Source: Octopus sinensis (taxonomy: Eukaryota). Taken from it: a stretch of 64,000 nt of DNA. The notes under the pieces are model-generated. The model worked only from the letters and a program-made list of their open reading frames with translations. It made no database searches and had not been told where the DNA came from. The DNA lies in contig NC_043023.1 in assembly GCF_006345805.1 (NCBI RefSeq), positions 12,400,001-12,464,000 of the forward strand. Direction: 5' to 3'. Positions 25,438-39,007 of this stretch are shown piece by piece (position 1 is the first letter of the stretch; the number at the start of each line of letters is the position of its first letter). A program made the position numbers and the translations under genes.

Positions 25438-27289
25438 AGGAAATGAACGTATTTATTCCGATAAAAAATACATTTTCAGAACAATTCTATCAGATGACAT
25501 GTGTATAAACAATATCAGTAAAACAAATCTTGGAAGCAATCACAGTTTAATTCTTTAGAACTTCTAAATATACAAGGTTTTCAGCAACCACTACATTCTT
25601 GAAGTGTTTGGTGTTAGGAAGGGCATCCAGCTTCCAAGAACTGATTGCAGCCTGGTTCATCTTTGCGAGTTGCCAGTCCTCAGTCAAACCGTCTAACCCA
25701 TGGAAAGCAGGTGTTAAATGATGATACTATATATGATATATTGTTATGACATTGAAAGTTTAGGGTGAAATTTGCCAACCATTCGCTGTCTCTCTCTCTC
25801 ACTCACTCGACACAAAGAAGACACGTGATTTCCTCGCCAGAAATTGCAAAGGGAAACTGCTTTAGCGTTTCAAATTTATTCTGCAATCTGGGATTATTAT
25901 ACCTTATATATATTATATTCAGTGACTCTAACAGTTATTAAAAGATAACTTTGTTTTAATAATTATACGTTTAGTTGTTTCATACACAAACTAACCGTGT
26001 TTTTCCTTTTAGATTAATTGTTAATCCTTATTTATCTCTCCACTGACTTCGGTACCACTCTAACTTCTCTCAATTTTCAATTTAATGTAATCCACACTCT
26101 CTTGAAAACGGGAAAGACAAAGTGAGAGAGAGTGAGTGACGACGTTCATAAAATATAAAATGTAAAATGTTTTAGTTTTTCTTAAACACGAGATATAGTG
26201 TTCAAATTCAGGATGGTTTTGAAAGACCCTATATTTTATAATCATAGTATATATACTTTCTCACACAACAATTACAATATATTTATTTTAAATCGTTCAT
26301 CTTTCTCCCCATCTCTCTCTCACACACATTACTTTGGGTGCGAAAGAGTTTTGTTTTTATTTTACGCCCAGTAAAAAAGTGTTTTGTTGAGAGTCAATAT
26401 TACTTAGTTTGACTTGAAATAAAGGCCGGGTTATACTGCTAGTGTAAAATAAAGTTTATTATAAACAACACAAACACTTTGTAATTTAATAGATTTCAAT
26501 GTGATACCTGTTCAATAGAAATTATTTTTATTTAATAAAAATTTAATTAAATCCAATCAGGAGTAAGTGAAATTCTGCTGAATAAAAACTAAATTGAAAA
26601 CATTTATCCCTGGCTGTCTCGGCAATACTCAAAGGTTTGAGGTGAGAATTTTACATAAGTAGGACACTTTCTTTTAACAAATATCATCTCTGTCAATTAC
26701 ACGGGTGCACAAAGTACCTGGGTGTTTACAGTGCTTGTGCATAGTCAAGTGATACCTTTTAGAAAATGATATCAGAATATGGCTTTTCTCTTGTATGTGT
26801 ATGTTTGTGTTGAGTCAAGTCCTATAAGAGAATGATTTACTACATATTACAAAGATATGGATTTACTATGTGCCGGTGGCACGTAAAAAACACCATTCGA
26901 GTGTGATCGTTACCAGCCTCCCCTTACTGGCACCTGCGCCGGTGGCATGTGTAAAAGATTTGAGCGAGGTCGTTGCCAGAGCCGCCTGACTGGCCCCATG
27001 CCAGTTGCACATAAAGGCACCCACTACACTCCCAGAGTGGTTGGCGTTAGGAAGGGCATCCAGCTGTAGAATCTCTGCCAGATCAAGATTGAAGCCTGGT
27101 GCAGCCACTTGGTTCGCCAGCCCTCAGTAATTCGTGCAACCCATGCTAGCATGGAAAGCAGACGTTAAATGATGATGATGATGATGTGTATGTTTGTGTT
27201 GAGTCAAGTCCTATAAGAGAATGATTTAACACAGATATTAGGATATTTCTTTTCTGCTGTATATGTATATATATACATGTATATATAAA

Positions 27290-27740
27290 TACAGATTGGT
27301 GAATGCAGTTGTCTTCCCAATAGCAACATATGGATGCGAGACCTGGACACTAAAGAAAGCTGACCAGAAGAGAAATAATGCATTCGAGCTTTGGTGTTGG
27401 AGAAGACTTTTGCGGATTCCATGGACAGCGAGGCTCACCAATGGAGAAGTTCTTAAGCAGATCAGGCCGAAAATGTCGATAGAAGCTGGGATCACCAAGC
27501 ATAGATTGGCATATTTCGGTCATATTATGCGGAGATGATCCCTGGAGAAGAACATCATGCTCTGAATGGTCAGTAGCAAGAGAGGTAGAGGCCGACCACG
27601 AACCCGCTGGCTTGACACCATCAAGAGTGATACCGGAAAGGACATAGCCAATCTGAAAGAAGCGGCCCAGGATAGAACTCACTGGAAAACACTGATTCAT
27701 CGAGTAACCGAGAGTCGACTTCGACTGAGCGGATAGTGTG
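27290..27740 (+). mobile_element. 5'-truncated RTE-clade (BovB-like) LINE 3' end
   Basis: Translates VFPIATYGCETWTLKKADQKRNNAFELWCWRRLLRIPWTAR...YFGHIMRR*SLEKNIML*...RGRPRTRWLD...ESRLRLSG*, with two internal stops. It sits among the decayed 3' fingers of ZNF-5. Confidence 0.9.
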
Positions 27741-27791
27741 AGAGTATATGTATGTATGTGTTGAATCAAGTTGCACCCATAAGAGAATGAT

Positions 27792-28580
27792 TTACCACAT
27801 GTTACAAAGATACGGCTTTACTTTTGCATGTGTATACTCGTGTTTAGTCAAGTTACACCTTTTAGAGAAGGACCTACCACAGATATCACAATCATATGGC
27901 TTTTCTTCTGTATGAGTACGTTTATGTTGAGCCAAGGGACTCCTACACGAAAATGATTTGCCACAGATATCACAACGAAACGGCTCTTCTCCTGTATGTG
28001 TACGTTTGTGTTCAGTCAAGGTACTCCTTCCAGAGAATGATTTACCACAGATACGTTTATGATTAGTCAAACAACGATGTTCAGAAAAGGATTTACCACA
28101 GATGTCACAATAAGGCTTCTCTCCTGTATGAACACGTTTGTGATGAGTTAAAATGCTATTTTGAGAGAATGATTTACCACAGATATCACAACGATATGGC
28201 TTTACTCCTGTATGTGTACGTTTGTGTTCAGTCAGAATAATCCTACGCGAGAAGGATTTACTACAGATATCACAATGATACGACTTTTCTCCTGTATGTG
28301 TATATTTGTGACGAGTCAAGTGGCTCTTTTGAGAGAATGATCTACCACAGATTTCACAATGATATGGCTTTTCTCCTGTATGTGTACGTTTGTGTTGAGT
28401 TAAGTTGCTACTTAAAGAATATGATTTATCACATATATCACAGTGATATGGTTTTTCTCCCGTATGGATACGTCTGTGACTAGTCAACTGACTATTATAG
28501 TTGAATGATGTACCACAAATATCACAGAAATATTGTTTCTCTCTTGTATCATCGTTTTTTGCTTCAGTTAATTTATTCAT
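27792..28580 (-). CDS. C2H2 zinc-finger protein ZNF-5, 7 intact fingers plus one fused pair
   Basis: ATG 28580 ([13 protein letters not shown]). An in-frame deletion fuses two fingers ([12 protein letters not shown]). Acceptor at 28986, candidate donor at 30133. Confidence 0.9.
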   Translation of the reverse strand: MNKLTEAKNDDTREKQYFCDICGTSFNYNSQLTSHRRIHTGEKPYHCDICDKSYSLSSNLTQHKRTHTGEKPYHCEICGRSFSQKSHLTRHKYTHTGEKSYHCDICSKSFSRRIILTEHKRTHTGVKPYRCDICGKSFSQNSILTHHKRVHTGEKPYCDICGKSFSEHRCLTNHKRICGKSFSGRSTLTEHKRTHTGEEPFRCDICGKSFSCRSPLAQHKRTHTEEKPYDCDICGRSFSKRCNLTKHEYTHAKVKPYLCNMW

Positions 28581-30559
28581 TGTGAGAGAATAATTTATTA
28601 TACATATCACAATAATAATGTTTCCTTCATCTCTATAAACATCTTTGTTTTCAGTTTTGTAACTATTTCCAAAAAAGAATTTGAAGCTGTGTTTCTTTCT
28701 TCTGTGATCTTAATTAATATCTAAATCAGCAGGTGGAAATTGTCAACTCGTTTGTAAAGTTATCCAACCTTAATTAACATGTAAGGCAATCACTTCGTCT
28801 ACATTCCAAACTGTGAAGACAAGAAAAAATATTGTATTCTTAGATTGTATTTATATAAATTTTGATGTATTGATGAATGCTGCTGATAAATTATGTCATC
28901 TTGCTTTAGTTGATGAAACGACGTCAAAATATGAAAGGCACATCTGAATGAAGAAGTTTCTTGTGGGTCAACATAAGGTGATATTCTGAAATAGGAAAAG
29001 AAACATCAAGATAAAGAGAATAGTTAAATGATACACTAATTCAATGTTGCAAATTTTACATGAACATTGACATCAAATGTTTTTAGGGGTCAGAGTTCCT
29101 TGAGGCATTGAAAGAATGGCAGGATCTTTTCCTTTTGAACGGCACATGTCAACACAATTTCTAGTCAACTAAACACTTTTAAACTTCGTATACTGGTAGA
29201 ATGTGTCAAAATAAAACATTTTTTCTCTTGGCTTTCTTGAGAAAATTGTAATTTGTTTGTTTAACGTAGTTTAATTCTTCGAATTGCGCGCACCGGGACC
29301 GATATACTCGTAAACTATAACACTGGAATGGTACTTTTTACAAACTTTCAGTATAACACAACTTCTTCAGTAAATTATAACGAAAGAAGACAGAGGTATG
29401 TGAATCACAGGAAATTCTTTTTCATAGCACTGTCTCGGAAAAAAGGTTTCCACAGCCAATTTGGATATAATCACAAACTACAGCATCCGAAATATAGTCA
29501 TGGAAAATTTCATTAAAAAATACGAAGCCAAACGGGCCAAGGAAACAAAGTCGGTGGGGCACATTTATGTACATATACCAGACCAATTAGTTAGTCTATC
29601 AAAATTAATTAGGCACCTTTTCTCTCATTATGCAGTAATTAAATGTAACGAACATCTCACGATTTTGATTCACAGTTAATCTGCCAAATCTTTAATCTAT
29701 TTATTTCATATCACATGTAACACTCGTCCGTCTTTTTACCCTGAAAGTTCAAATTCCACCGAGGTTCACTTTGCCTTTCGTCCTTTCGGGGTCAATAAAA
29801 TACGAAGCAGTAAAAAGCTAGGGTCCAGGCAATAGAATTACGTCTCCCCATCAAATTACAGGCCCTGTGCCTTAAGTAAAAAGGTTCCTTGTCATCATTA
29901 TTATTTATGGACCCTGAAATGAATTTAAATTAAATGACGATTTCGCGCGCAAAGTCCTGAGTTCAAATACGGTCGACATCGACTTTGCCTTTCATCCCTT
30001 TCAGGAAACACAGGGCTCCATGGGTTCCACTTCTCGCTCGCATCAAAGATTTCTGGTCCTGGGCCAAAATTTAAATCCCTCATCATCATTACTATTATTA
30101 ATATAACCTTTAAATAAATCTTCGTCGACTTACCGTTTTATCAGTGCCTCATTAACAACACTAATTAATATGGTATTCTTCAATCGGTCAACTCTCGACA
30201 GCTAAATACCCTGACAGGGCCTCATTACTCTCTTTTTACTAATTAATTTCCTTTATACCACGTGTAACTGTGGATCATAGGTTTCCATAAACAACAGATA
30301 AACATTTCAATTTGGAAATTATTAATTAAGACGAGCAAATATAATTTCCTAATTGTTGTCAGGTTCCCGCTTCGAAATAATTACTCCAACATCGAGAGAA
30401 GTTCACAAAAATCTATTATTTATATTATTATTAAGGCATTATTTAAGAAGGGTACCACTTAAGAAGAAGTGTCCCTGTGCGCGTATCCGCGCAAGCTTGT
30501 CGATCCTACAACGATTAGCTAGCAAAGTAAACAAAACACAAAGTAAATAATTTTATTAG

Positions 30560-30955
30560 TGGAGTGGCTGTGTGGTAAGTAGCTTCCTTACCAACCACAT
30601 GGTTCCGGGTTCAGTCCCACTGCGTGGCACCTTACGCAAGTGTCTTCTGCTATAGCCTCGGGTCGACAAGAGCCTTGTGAGTGGATTTGGTAGACGGAAA
30701 CCGAAAGAAGCCCGTCGTATATATGTATATATGCATGTGTGTGTGTTTCAGTGTCTGTGTTAGGCCCCCCAACATTGCTTGACAACCGATACTGGTGTGT
30801 TTACGTCCTCGTAACCTAGCTGTTCGGCAAAAGACACCGATAGAATAAGTACTCAGCTTACAAAAGAATAAGTCCCGGGGTCGATTTGATCGACTAAAAG
30901 CGGTGCTCCAGCATGGCCACAGTCAAATGACTGAAACAATTAAAAGAGTAAAGTA
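30560..30955 (+). mobile_element. SINE family A (duplicate of 6111-6510)
   Basis: Same consensus and same host MITE. Confidence 0.9.
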
Positions 30956-31083
30956 AATAAAACACAAAGTAAGGATCGACTAGTCATGACTAGCTGTCGC
31001 GGGTACGCGAGTGCGCGCACCGGGACCACTATTCGCTAGTAGTGCTTTACTTTATTAAATTTTAGTGGAAACCAACCAGTCAG

Positions 31084-31229
31084 TAGCGCCATCTATTGGA
31101 GAACTGAGGAATTGAATTATCACAAGGGAAATAACTTCTACAGCACTTCAACCTCCATTCAATTAATTATCAATTAAGGTGCTTAATTACCGAATACTGA
31201 GTCGCTGTTTATTTGTGAATACGGTAAGT
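31084..31229 (+). promoter_or_regulatory. First-exon module of ZNF-6: CTCF-like motif plus donor
   Basis: TAGCGCCATCTATTGG at 31084-31099, donor at 31224 and acceptor at 33186. Confidence 0.65.
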
Positions 31230-33591
31230 TGACAAAGATTTACTTTAAGGCTGTAATAGTGTTGATAATACTACTAATAATAAGGTAAATAATAGAATTC
31301 TGTGAACCTCTCGATGTTACAGTAATTATTTTTCGAAGCGGGAACCTGACAACAATTAAGAAAATATATTTGCTCATCTTAATTAACAAATTCCAAACTG
31401 AAATGTTGATTTATTGTTTATGAAAACCTATGATCGACTGTTACATGGGATATAAAGGAAATTAGTTGGTAAAATGAGAGTAATGTGACATAATTAATTA
31501 GCAGAATGAGGGGAAACCGATTGAAGAATGCCATATTAATTAACGTTGTCCCGTTGTTAATGAGGCTAAGTTGACGAAGATTTACTTTAAGGTTGTGATG
31601 GTGATAATACTACTACTAATAATAATAATGTAAATAATAGAATTCTGTGAACCTCTCGATGTTACGGTAATTATTTGGAAGGCATAACAATAGGGAAATG
31701 TATTTGCTCGTCTTAAATAACAAATTCCAAACAGAAATGTTGATTTATCGATTATGAAAACCTATGATCGACTGTTTCATGTCATATAAAGGAATTTAAT
31801 TCGTAAAATGAGGGTAAAGCGGCTTAATTAATTAGTAAAATGAGAGGAAACCGATTGAAGAAACCACATTAATTAACGTTGTCCCGTTGTTAATGAGGCA
31901 TTGATAAAGCATTAAGATTTACTTTAATGTTATTTTGATAATGATGATGATGGTTTCACATTTTGGCCCCGGGGCCAGAAGTCTTTTATGCGAACCTGAA
32001 GTCGAATACCTGGAACCCAGTATTTCTCGAAAAGGATGAAAGGCAAATACGACCTCGGCCCTATTTCCACTGAGACCTGGACTTCTTTTTCGGTTTGCAT
32101 AAAGTAATGATGATGATGTTGATAATGATCACTTGTACTTGAGACACAAGGACTAAAATTTAGCGGGAGGGCGGAAATCGATTCCGAGGACCCCAGTGCT
32201 GTACTGTTACTTATTTTAGGCACTCCTTTAGAAAATGACGCTTAATTTGGCGATCTTTCGTCTCTAGCAGACCTTTCCGTCGATTTCCGTAAAAAACTTC
32301 TTTTATTTTTACATAGGGGCTTGCGGGAACTTTTGAAGTAGTGAGAGCGAAAGAGACTAAGAGAAAGCGATTTTATGACGAGGGAAGTTCTTTTGAAGTT
32401 ACCGTGCATGGGAAGCATTGATGTAATGTGTGAAAGAGAGAGATAACTGTCTTTCGCTCTCATTACTTCAAAAGTTCCCGCAAGCCTATATGTAAAAAAA
32501 AATGTTTTTTACGGAAATCGACGGAAAGGTCTACTAGAGATTACAAACCTTGCATACGTCTTAAACATATGTACTGTATTGTGTTATAATTATTTGTGTC
32601 GTATATCAACACATCATAGAATGGACGAAGGTAAAGCGAGTGTACACCACCTAAACCTAATGCTAACCCTACAACTAACCCTAACCTTAAGCTAAAACTA
32701 ATCTAACCCTAAAACTAAACCTAAGCCTAATGCTCACGAGTTTGCACAGTAAAAAAATCTCATGAAAAACAGTAAAGAATTTGTAAACAAATATTGTCGG
32801 TCAGGTAAAAGAAATTGGGCGATCCTTCGGTATAGGTACCGTACGTACCGGAAGTGGCTTTGTTTACATTTCTGAAGATAACAGAAACCCTTTTCTTGCA
32901 CTCCTAACCCCCATATATAGAAAAAATCACTTTGTTGAAATGTATCCGGTACTTCCGGTACCAATACTGAAGTCGCGCCAAAAATTGTGGAGATGCAATG
33001 GCCCAGCAGTCAGGGCAGCGGACTCGCGGTCGGAGGAATGCGGTTTCGATTCCCAGACAAGGCGTTGAATTCCGGCCCCTAAAAACATTTAATGGATGAC
33101 AGTGTTCATGTTGTAAAATTTGCAACATTGAATTAGTGTATCATTTAACTATTCTCTTTATCTTGATGTTTCTTTTCCTATTTCAGAATATCACCTTATG
33201 TTGACCCACAAGAAACTTCTTCATTCAGATGTGCCTTTCATATTTTGACGTCGTTTCATCAACTAAAGCAAGATGACATAATTTATCAGCAGCATTCATC
33301 AATACATCAAAATTTATATGAATACAATCTAAGAATACAATATTTTTTCTTGTCTTCACTGTTTGGAATGTAGAGGAAGTGATTGCCTTACAGGTTAATT
33401 AAGGTTGGATACCTTTACAAACGAGTTGACAATTTCCACCTGCTGATTTAGATATTAAGTAAGATCACAGAAGAAAGAAACACAGCTTCAAATTCTTTTC
33501 TGGAAATAGTTGCAGAACTGAAATCAAAGATGTTTATAGAGATAAAGGAAACATTATTATTGTGATATGTATAATAAATTATTCTGTCATA

Positions 33592-34209
33592 ATGAATAAT
33601 TCAATTAAACCAAAAGACCCAGATACAAGAGAGAAGCAACATTCCTGTGAAGTCTGTGGTAAATCATTCAGACGTGTCCATACTGGAGAAAAACCATACC
33701 ACTGTGATATATGTGTTAAATCATTTATAGAAAATAGCACTTTAACAGAAGACAAACAAACGCAAACAGGAAAAAAGCCATATGATTGTGATATCTGTGG
33801 TAAATCATTCTCACTAAGGAATACCTTAAGTGAACACAAGCATACGCATACAGGAGAAGAGCCATACCATTGTGATATCTGTGGTAAATCATTCTCTTAT
33901 AAGAGGAATTTGTCTCATCACAAACGTACACACACAGGAGAAAAGCCATATCATTGTGAAATCTGTGGTAAATCATTCTCTCGAAGGACTACTTTGACTG
34001 AACATAAACGTACACATACAGGGGAAGAGCCATATCGTTGTGAAATCTGTGGCAAATCATTTTCGTGTAGGAGTAACTTGATTCAACACAAACGTATACA
34101 TACAGGGGAAAAGCCATACTGTTGTGATATCTGTGGTAGATCATTCGCATGTAGCAATAACTTGACTAAACACGAGTATACACATGCAACAAAAAAAGTC
34201 ATATCATAG
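33592..34209 (+). CDS. C2H2 zinc-finger protein ZNF-6, 5 intact and 2 degenerate fingers
   Basis: ATG 33592. Finger 1 has an in-frame deletion and finger 2 lacks both His residues. The tail ...LTKHEYTHA resembles ZNF-5. Confidence 0.85.
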   Translation: MNNSIKPKDPDTREKQHSCEVCGKSFRRVHTGEKPYHCDICVKSFIENSTLTEDKQTQTGKKPYDCDICGKSFSLRNTLSEHKHTHTGEEPYHCDICGKSFSYKRNLSHHKRTHTGEKPYHCEICGKSFSRRTTLTEHKRTHTGEEPYRCEICGKSFSCRSNLIQHKRIHTGEKPYCCDICGRSFACSNNLTKHEYTHATKKVIS

Positions 34210-34218
34210 TGATATGTG

Positions 34219-34530
34219 TGGAGGCACATGGCCTAGTGGTTAGGGCGGTGGACTGGCAGTCGAGGGGTTGCGGGTTCGAATCTTAGACCGGACGATGTGT
34301 GTGTTTATGAGTGAAACACCTAAGCTCCATGCGGCTCCGGCAGAAGGGAATGGCGAAACTTCTGCTGACTCTTTCGCCACAACTTTTTCTCACTCTTTCC
34401 TCCTGCATCTTGCAGCTCACCTGCGATGGACCGGCGTCCCGTCCAGGTGGGGAACCTATATGCCAAGAAACCGGTAAACCGGCCCTTATGAGCCAGGCAT
34501 GGCTCGAGAAGGAACAAACAAACAACAAAA
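34219..34530 (+). mobile_element. SINE family D
   Basis: tRNA head, CCTGCGATGGACCGGCGTCCCGTCCAG core and an (AAAC)n tail, inserted in a decayed finger. Confidence 0.8.
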
Positions 34531-35105
34531 ATTTTATTATGTTGTAAATCATTCTCTTAGAGGACCTGACTTATCAGAAATGTACACATACAAGAAGTGA
34601 AGGAGAAATTTAATAAGTGCTCCACTGCAATAGCTAGAAACTCCAAACAGTGTAAAATGTTCCCTGAACCGTGTTTATCAGTATCAATGAAAGACTCCAA
34701 AACCTAGTTAACCATTTCAAGGTTTTAGTAAATTTATACACAAAAAGAAAGCATTGTATACTGTCCAGCATACATAAAGTTCAACTTCATTTAGCTTATT
34801 TAAGCACTTATTTTTTTCTGTAAAAACTTATTCTCACATTAAATGAGTCAACTTCCAGTACGAATGTTTCCTTTTGTATGTCTTTTTTCAACAAAAAAAA
34901 TTACAAAACAAATTCTGAAAATGCTCTCCTCATGGGATTTATTCACCCACTAATGTGTTTTTTTTTATCTTCGTGAAAAAGTGCTTAAATTACATCGGTT
35001 TTTACTGTATATGCATACAGGAGACATCTGTAGTAAATCATTCTCTCAAAGTAGTCACTCGAATAATCACAAACATATACAATAGAGAAGCTATATTACT
35101 ATAAT

Positions 35106-36040
35106 CACCTTCACCTTGACCGACCGGTCCGTCGGGTGTCCATTTGACACCGCTGGTCACAGCACGCTGTTTCACTCCTCTCTGGATTGCGCCTTTCTCA
35201 TCCACGTGATCCCAATCGTCCTCCTGAAATCATAACTCCACCGTTGTGGATGCCTTCCTGGTGGTTGTTAACGCTCGAGAGCATACCACTCAACTACTGC
35301 GTGTGTCCACCGATTATAGGTGAGCCGGGCGACGTGTCCAGCCCATCTATACTTGCTGCGTGTATACTCTGCAATGACATCTCTCACGCCAGACTTCTTT
35401 CTGATGATCTCGCTACTGATATGCTCTCTCAACGAGATACCAAGCAGTGACCCTTCCATGGCTCTTTGAGCCGTTACCAGTCTCTGCTCTTCTCTCTTTG
35501 TGGTTGCCCATGTTTCACTACCATATAACATTGCAGGTAGAACTGTACTGTTGATGAGGTTGGCACGGGTGTTCCTGTCCGACCTTCCCTTGAGCACATC
35601 CCTTATGCCATTAAACGAAGTTCATGCCGTCAGACAACATACCAACAAGTCGACAGCGATGAAACAGAGGAGGTAAAGGAATATGTTTACCTGGGAGAGG
35701 AAGTGAATATCATCATCATCATTTAACGTCCGTTTTCCATGGTAGCATGGGTTGGACGGTTCAACGAGTGTCTGGGAAGCCATGGAGGCTGCACCAGGCA
35801 CTAGTCTGATCTGGCAGTGTTTCTACAGCTGGATGCCCTTCCTAACGCCAACCACTCCAAGAGTGTAGTAGGTGCTTTTTATGTGACACCTGCACAGGTG
35901 CCAGGGGAGTCTGGCAAACGGCCATGATCGGATGGTGCCTTTTACGTACCACCAGCACAGGGGCCAGACGGGGCTGGCAAAGGCAACAATTGGATGGTGG
36001 CCAGTCAGGGCGGCGCTGGCAATGGCCACGTTCAGATGGC
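35106..36040 (-). mobile_element. Composite RTE LINE 3' end, inverted RT fragment and SINE C inside one TSD
   Basis: Minus strand encodes VLPAMLYGSETW...RWAGHVAR, and plus-strand ~35620-35710 encodes EEVKEYVYLG. A 13-bp TSD ATATTACTATAAT lies at 35093-35105 and 36041-36053. Confidence 0.8.
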
Positions 36041-36198
36041 ATATTACTATAATATCTGTGGTGAATTTTCTTCTCAAATGAGTTCCTTAACTAAACACAA
36101 ATGGACACATAGAGGAGAATAGCCATACTCTGAGTTAACTTGATTACTGAAAATGCCTGTGGTTGTATTTTGAGGAATTTGTTACAAAAGAATAGTGA

Positions 36199-36720
36199 GG
36201 CGCAGGAGTGGCTGTGTGGTAAGTAGCTTGCTTACAAACCACATGGTTCTGGGTTCAGTCCCACTGCATAGCACCTTGGGCAAGTGTCTTCTTCTATAGC
36301 CTTGGGGTGACCAAAACCTTCTGAGTGGATTTAGTAGACGGAAACTGAAAGAAGCCCGTCGTATATATATATATATGTGTCTGTGTTTGTCCCCCTAGCA
36401 TTGCTTGACAACCAATGCTGGTGTGCTTGCGTACCCGTAACTTAGCGGTTCGACAAAAGAGACCGATAAAATAAGTACTAGGCTTACAAATAATAAGTCC
36501 CGGGGTCGATTTGCTCGACTAAAAGCAGTCCTCCAGCATGGCCACAGTCAAATGACTGATACAAGTAAGACTGTAAACTTAGCGGTTCGGCAAAAGAGAC
36601 CGATAGAATAAGTACTAGGCTTACAAAAAGAATAAGTCCTGGGGTCGATTTGCTCAACTAGAGGCGGTGCTCCAGCATGGCCGCAGTCAAATGACTGAAA
36701 CAAGTAGAGTTAAAGAGTAA
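36199..36720 (+). mobile_element. SINE family A with duplicated 3' part
   Basis: Full copy plus a second ACTTAGCGGTTCGG...GAAACAAG tail. The same structure occurs at 37479-37995 and 49516-50003. Confidence 0.9.
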
Positions 36721-38194
36721 GTCAGTGAGAATTCTAAACAATTACAAGCCCGTTAAGGGATACATGAAAAAATCCAGAAGAAGAGTGTGTCCATGTATTG
36801 TTTATTTCGCTTCCATCAGTCAGAAACGGTGAAAGAGGGTTCAATCCGCTATTTTAGTCTCCAGACTCCTTTCCTGCCTGACCAGAAGTCCCTTCTCTGC
36901 GGACCAAGTTGCTAACCAGGCCACACAAAAGGCCCTGTCTGTAGTTCGTGTATTTTGAGTTCATGGGTAAGGCCCTGTACATCTTTACTTTCAAAGCACA
37001 AACTCTTTTCAGGTCGACTTTGTCTTGCATCCTTTCCAGGTAAACAGAATAAGGTTCTTCTTTAGAAACGCATCTCTCCAAGAAAATGAAATGCAAATGA
37101 AAAACTGTTATAAAAATGGGAAAAAGGGATTCCTTCGATATGCCTTGATGAAATGAAAAACGTCAATTCTGCTCTTTCTGTGAAAAGCATGTGGTCAACT
37201 GTGATGTCAAAAGCGCTGGTGATGGTACCACACGAAAAAGGCCCCAGTGATGGTGTCATATTAAAACAAGAGGTACTGCTGTCTTGAAATCCACCGTTGC
37301 TGGTCAAGTAAAAACCACAAGTGGTGATACTGTATAAAGAAGCACTGGCGATGGTTGCAAGTGAAAATCACCATTAAGGGTGCCATCTAAAATACACCGT
37401 TGATGGTGTCATGGATCTTTACCTTTTGACCTACAGATTTAAAAAATAATTTTTTATAACTAAACACTTTCAAATTTAGGCGCAGGAGTGGCTGTGTGGT
37501 AAGTAGCTTGCTAACCAACCACATGGTTCCGGGTTCAGTCCCAATGCGTGGCATCTTGGGCAAGTGTCTTCTGCTATAGCCCTGGGCTGACCAATGCCTT
37601 GTGAGTGGATTTGGTAGACGGAAACTGAAAGAAGCCTGTCGTATATATATATGTATGTGTGTGTTTGTTCCCCTAGCATTGCTTGACAACAGATGCTGGT
37701 GTGTTTATGTCCCTGTCACTTAGCGGTTCAGCAAAATAGAACGATAGAATAAGTACTGGGCTTACAAAGAATAAGTCCCGGGGTTGAGCTGCTCGACTAA
37801 AGGCGGTGCTCCAGCATGGCCGCAGTCAAATGACTGTAACAAGTAAAAGAGTAAACTTAGCGGTTCGACAAAAGAGACCGATAGAATAAGTACTAGGCTT
37901 ACAAAAGAATAAGTCCTGGGGGTCGATTTGCTCGACTAAAGGCGGTGCTCCAGCATGGCCACAGCCAAATGACTGAAACAAGTAAAAGAAAAAGAGAAAC
38001 CCTTTCAAATTTCGGACACTCGTAGAATGTGTCATATAAAACTTATTTTACTCATAGCATTTTTGAGAAAAACTTATATTTACAAAGTAATTTCACAGAT
38101 ATACGACGGGCTTCTTTCAGTTTCCGTCTACCAAATCCACTCACAAATTGTTTTACCTGTCTGTTCATAAGTAGACATGTGAACTTATGAACTC

Positions 38195-38964
38195 TCTTTT
38201 CTTTTACTCTCTTTCTCTTGTTTCAGTCATTTGACTGTGGCCATGCTGGAGCACCGCCTTTAGTCGAGCAAATCGACCCCGGGACTTATTCTTTTGTAAG
38301 CCCACTACTTATTCTATCGGTGTCTTTTGCCGAACCGCTAAGTGACGTGGACGTAAACACACCAGCATCGGTTGTTAAGCAATTCTAGGGGGACAAACAC
38401 ACACACATATATATATATATACATACATACATATATACGACAGGCTTCTTTCAGTTTCCGTCTGCCAAATCCACTCACAAGGCTCTGGTCGGCCCGAGGC
38501 TATAGCAGAAGTCACTTGCCCAAGGTGCTCTGCAGTGGGAATGAACCCGGAACCATGTGGTTGGTAAGCAAGCTACTTACCACACAGCCACTCCTATGCC
38601 TATATATATATATATATATACGACAAGCTTCTTTCAGTTTCCGTCTACCAAATCCACTCACAAGGCTTTGGTTGGCCCGAGGTTATAGCAGAAGACACTT
38701 GCCCAAGATGCCACGCAGTGGGACTAAAACCTGGGACCATGTGGCTGGTAAGCAAGCTACTTACCACACAGCCACTCCTATGCCTATATATATATATATA
38801 TACGACAAGCTTCTTTCAGTTTCCGTCTACCAAATCCACTCACAAGGCTTTGGTTGGCCCGAGGTTATAGCAGAAGACACTTGCCCAAGATGCCACGCAG
38901 TGGGACTAAAACCTGGGACCATGTGGTTGGTAAGCAAGCTACTTACCACACAGCCACTCCTATG

Positions 38965-39007
<43 letters not shown>

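Larger units (their letters stand above)
28250..33670. repeat. Segmental duplication copy 2
   Basis: Collinear with 3640-11260, with deletions. Confidence 0.9.
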
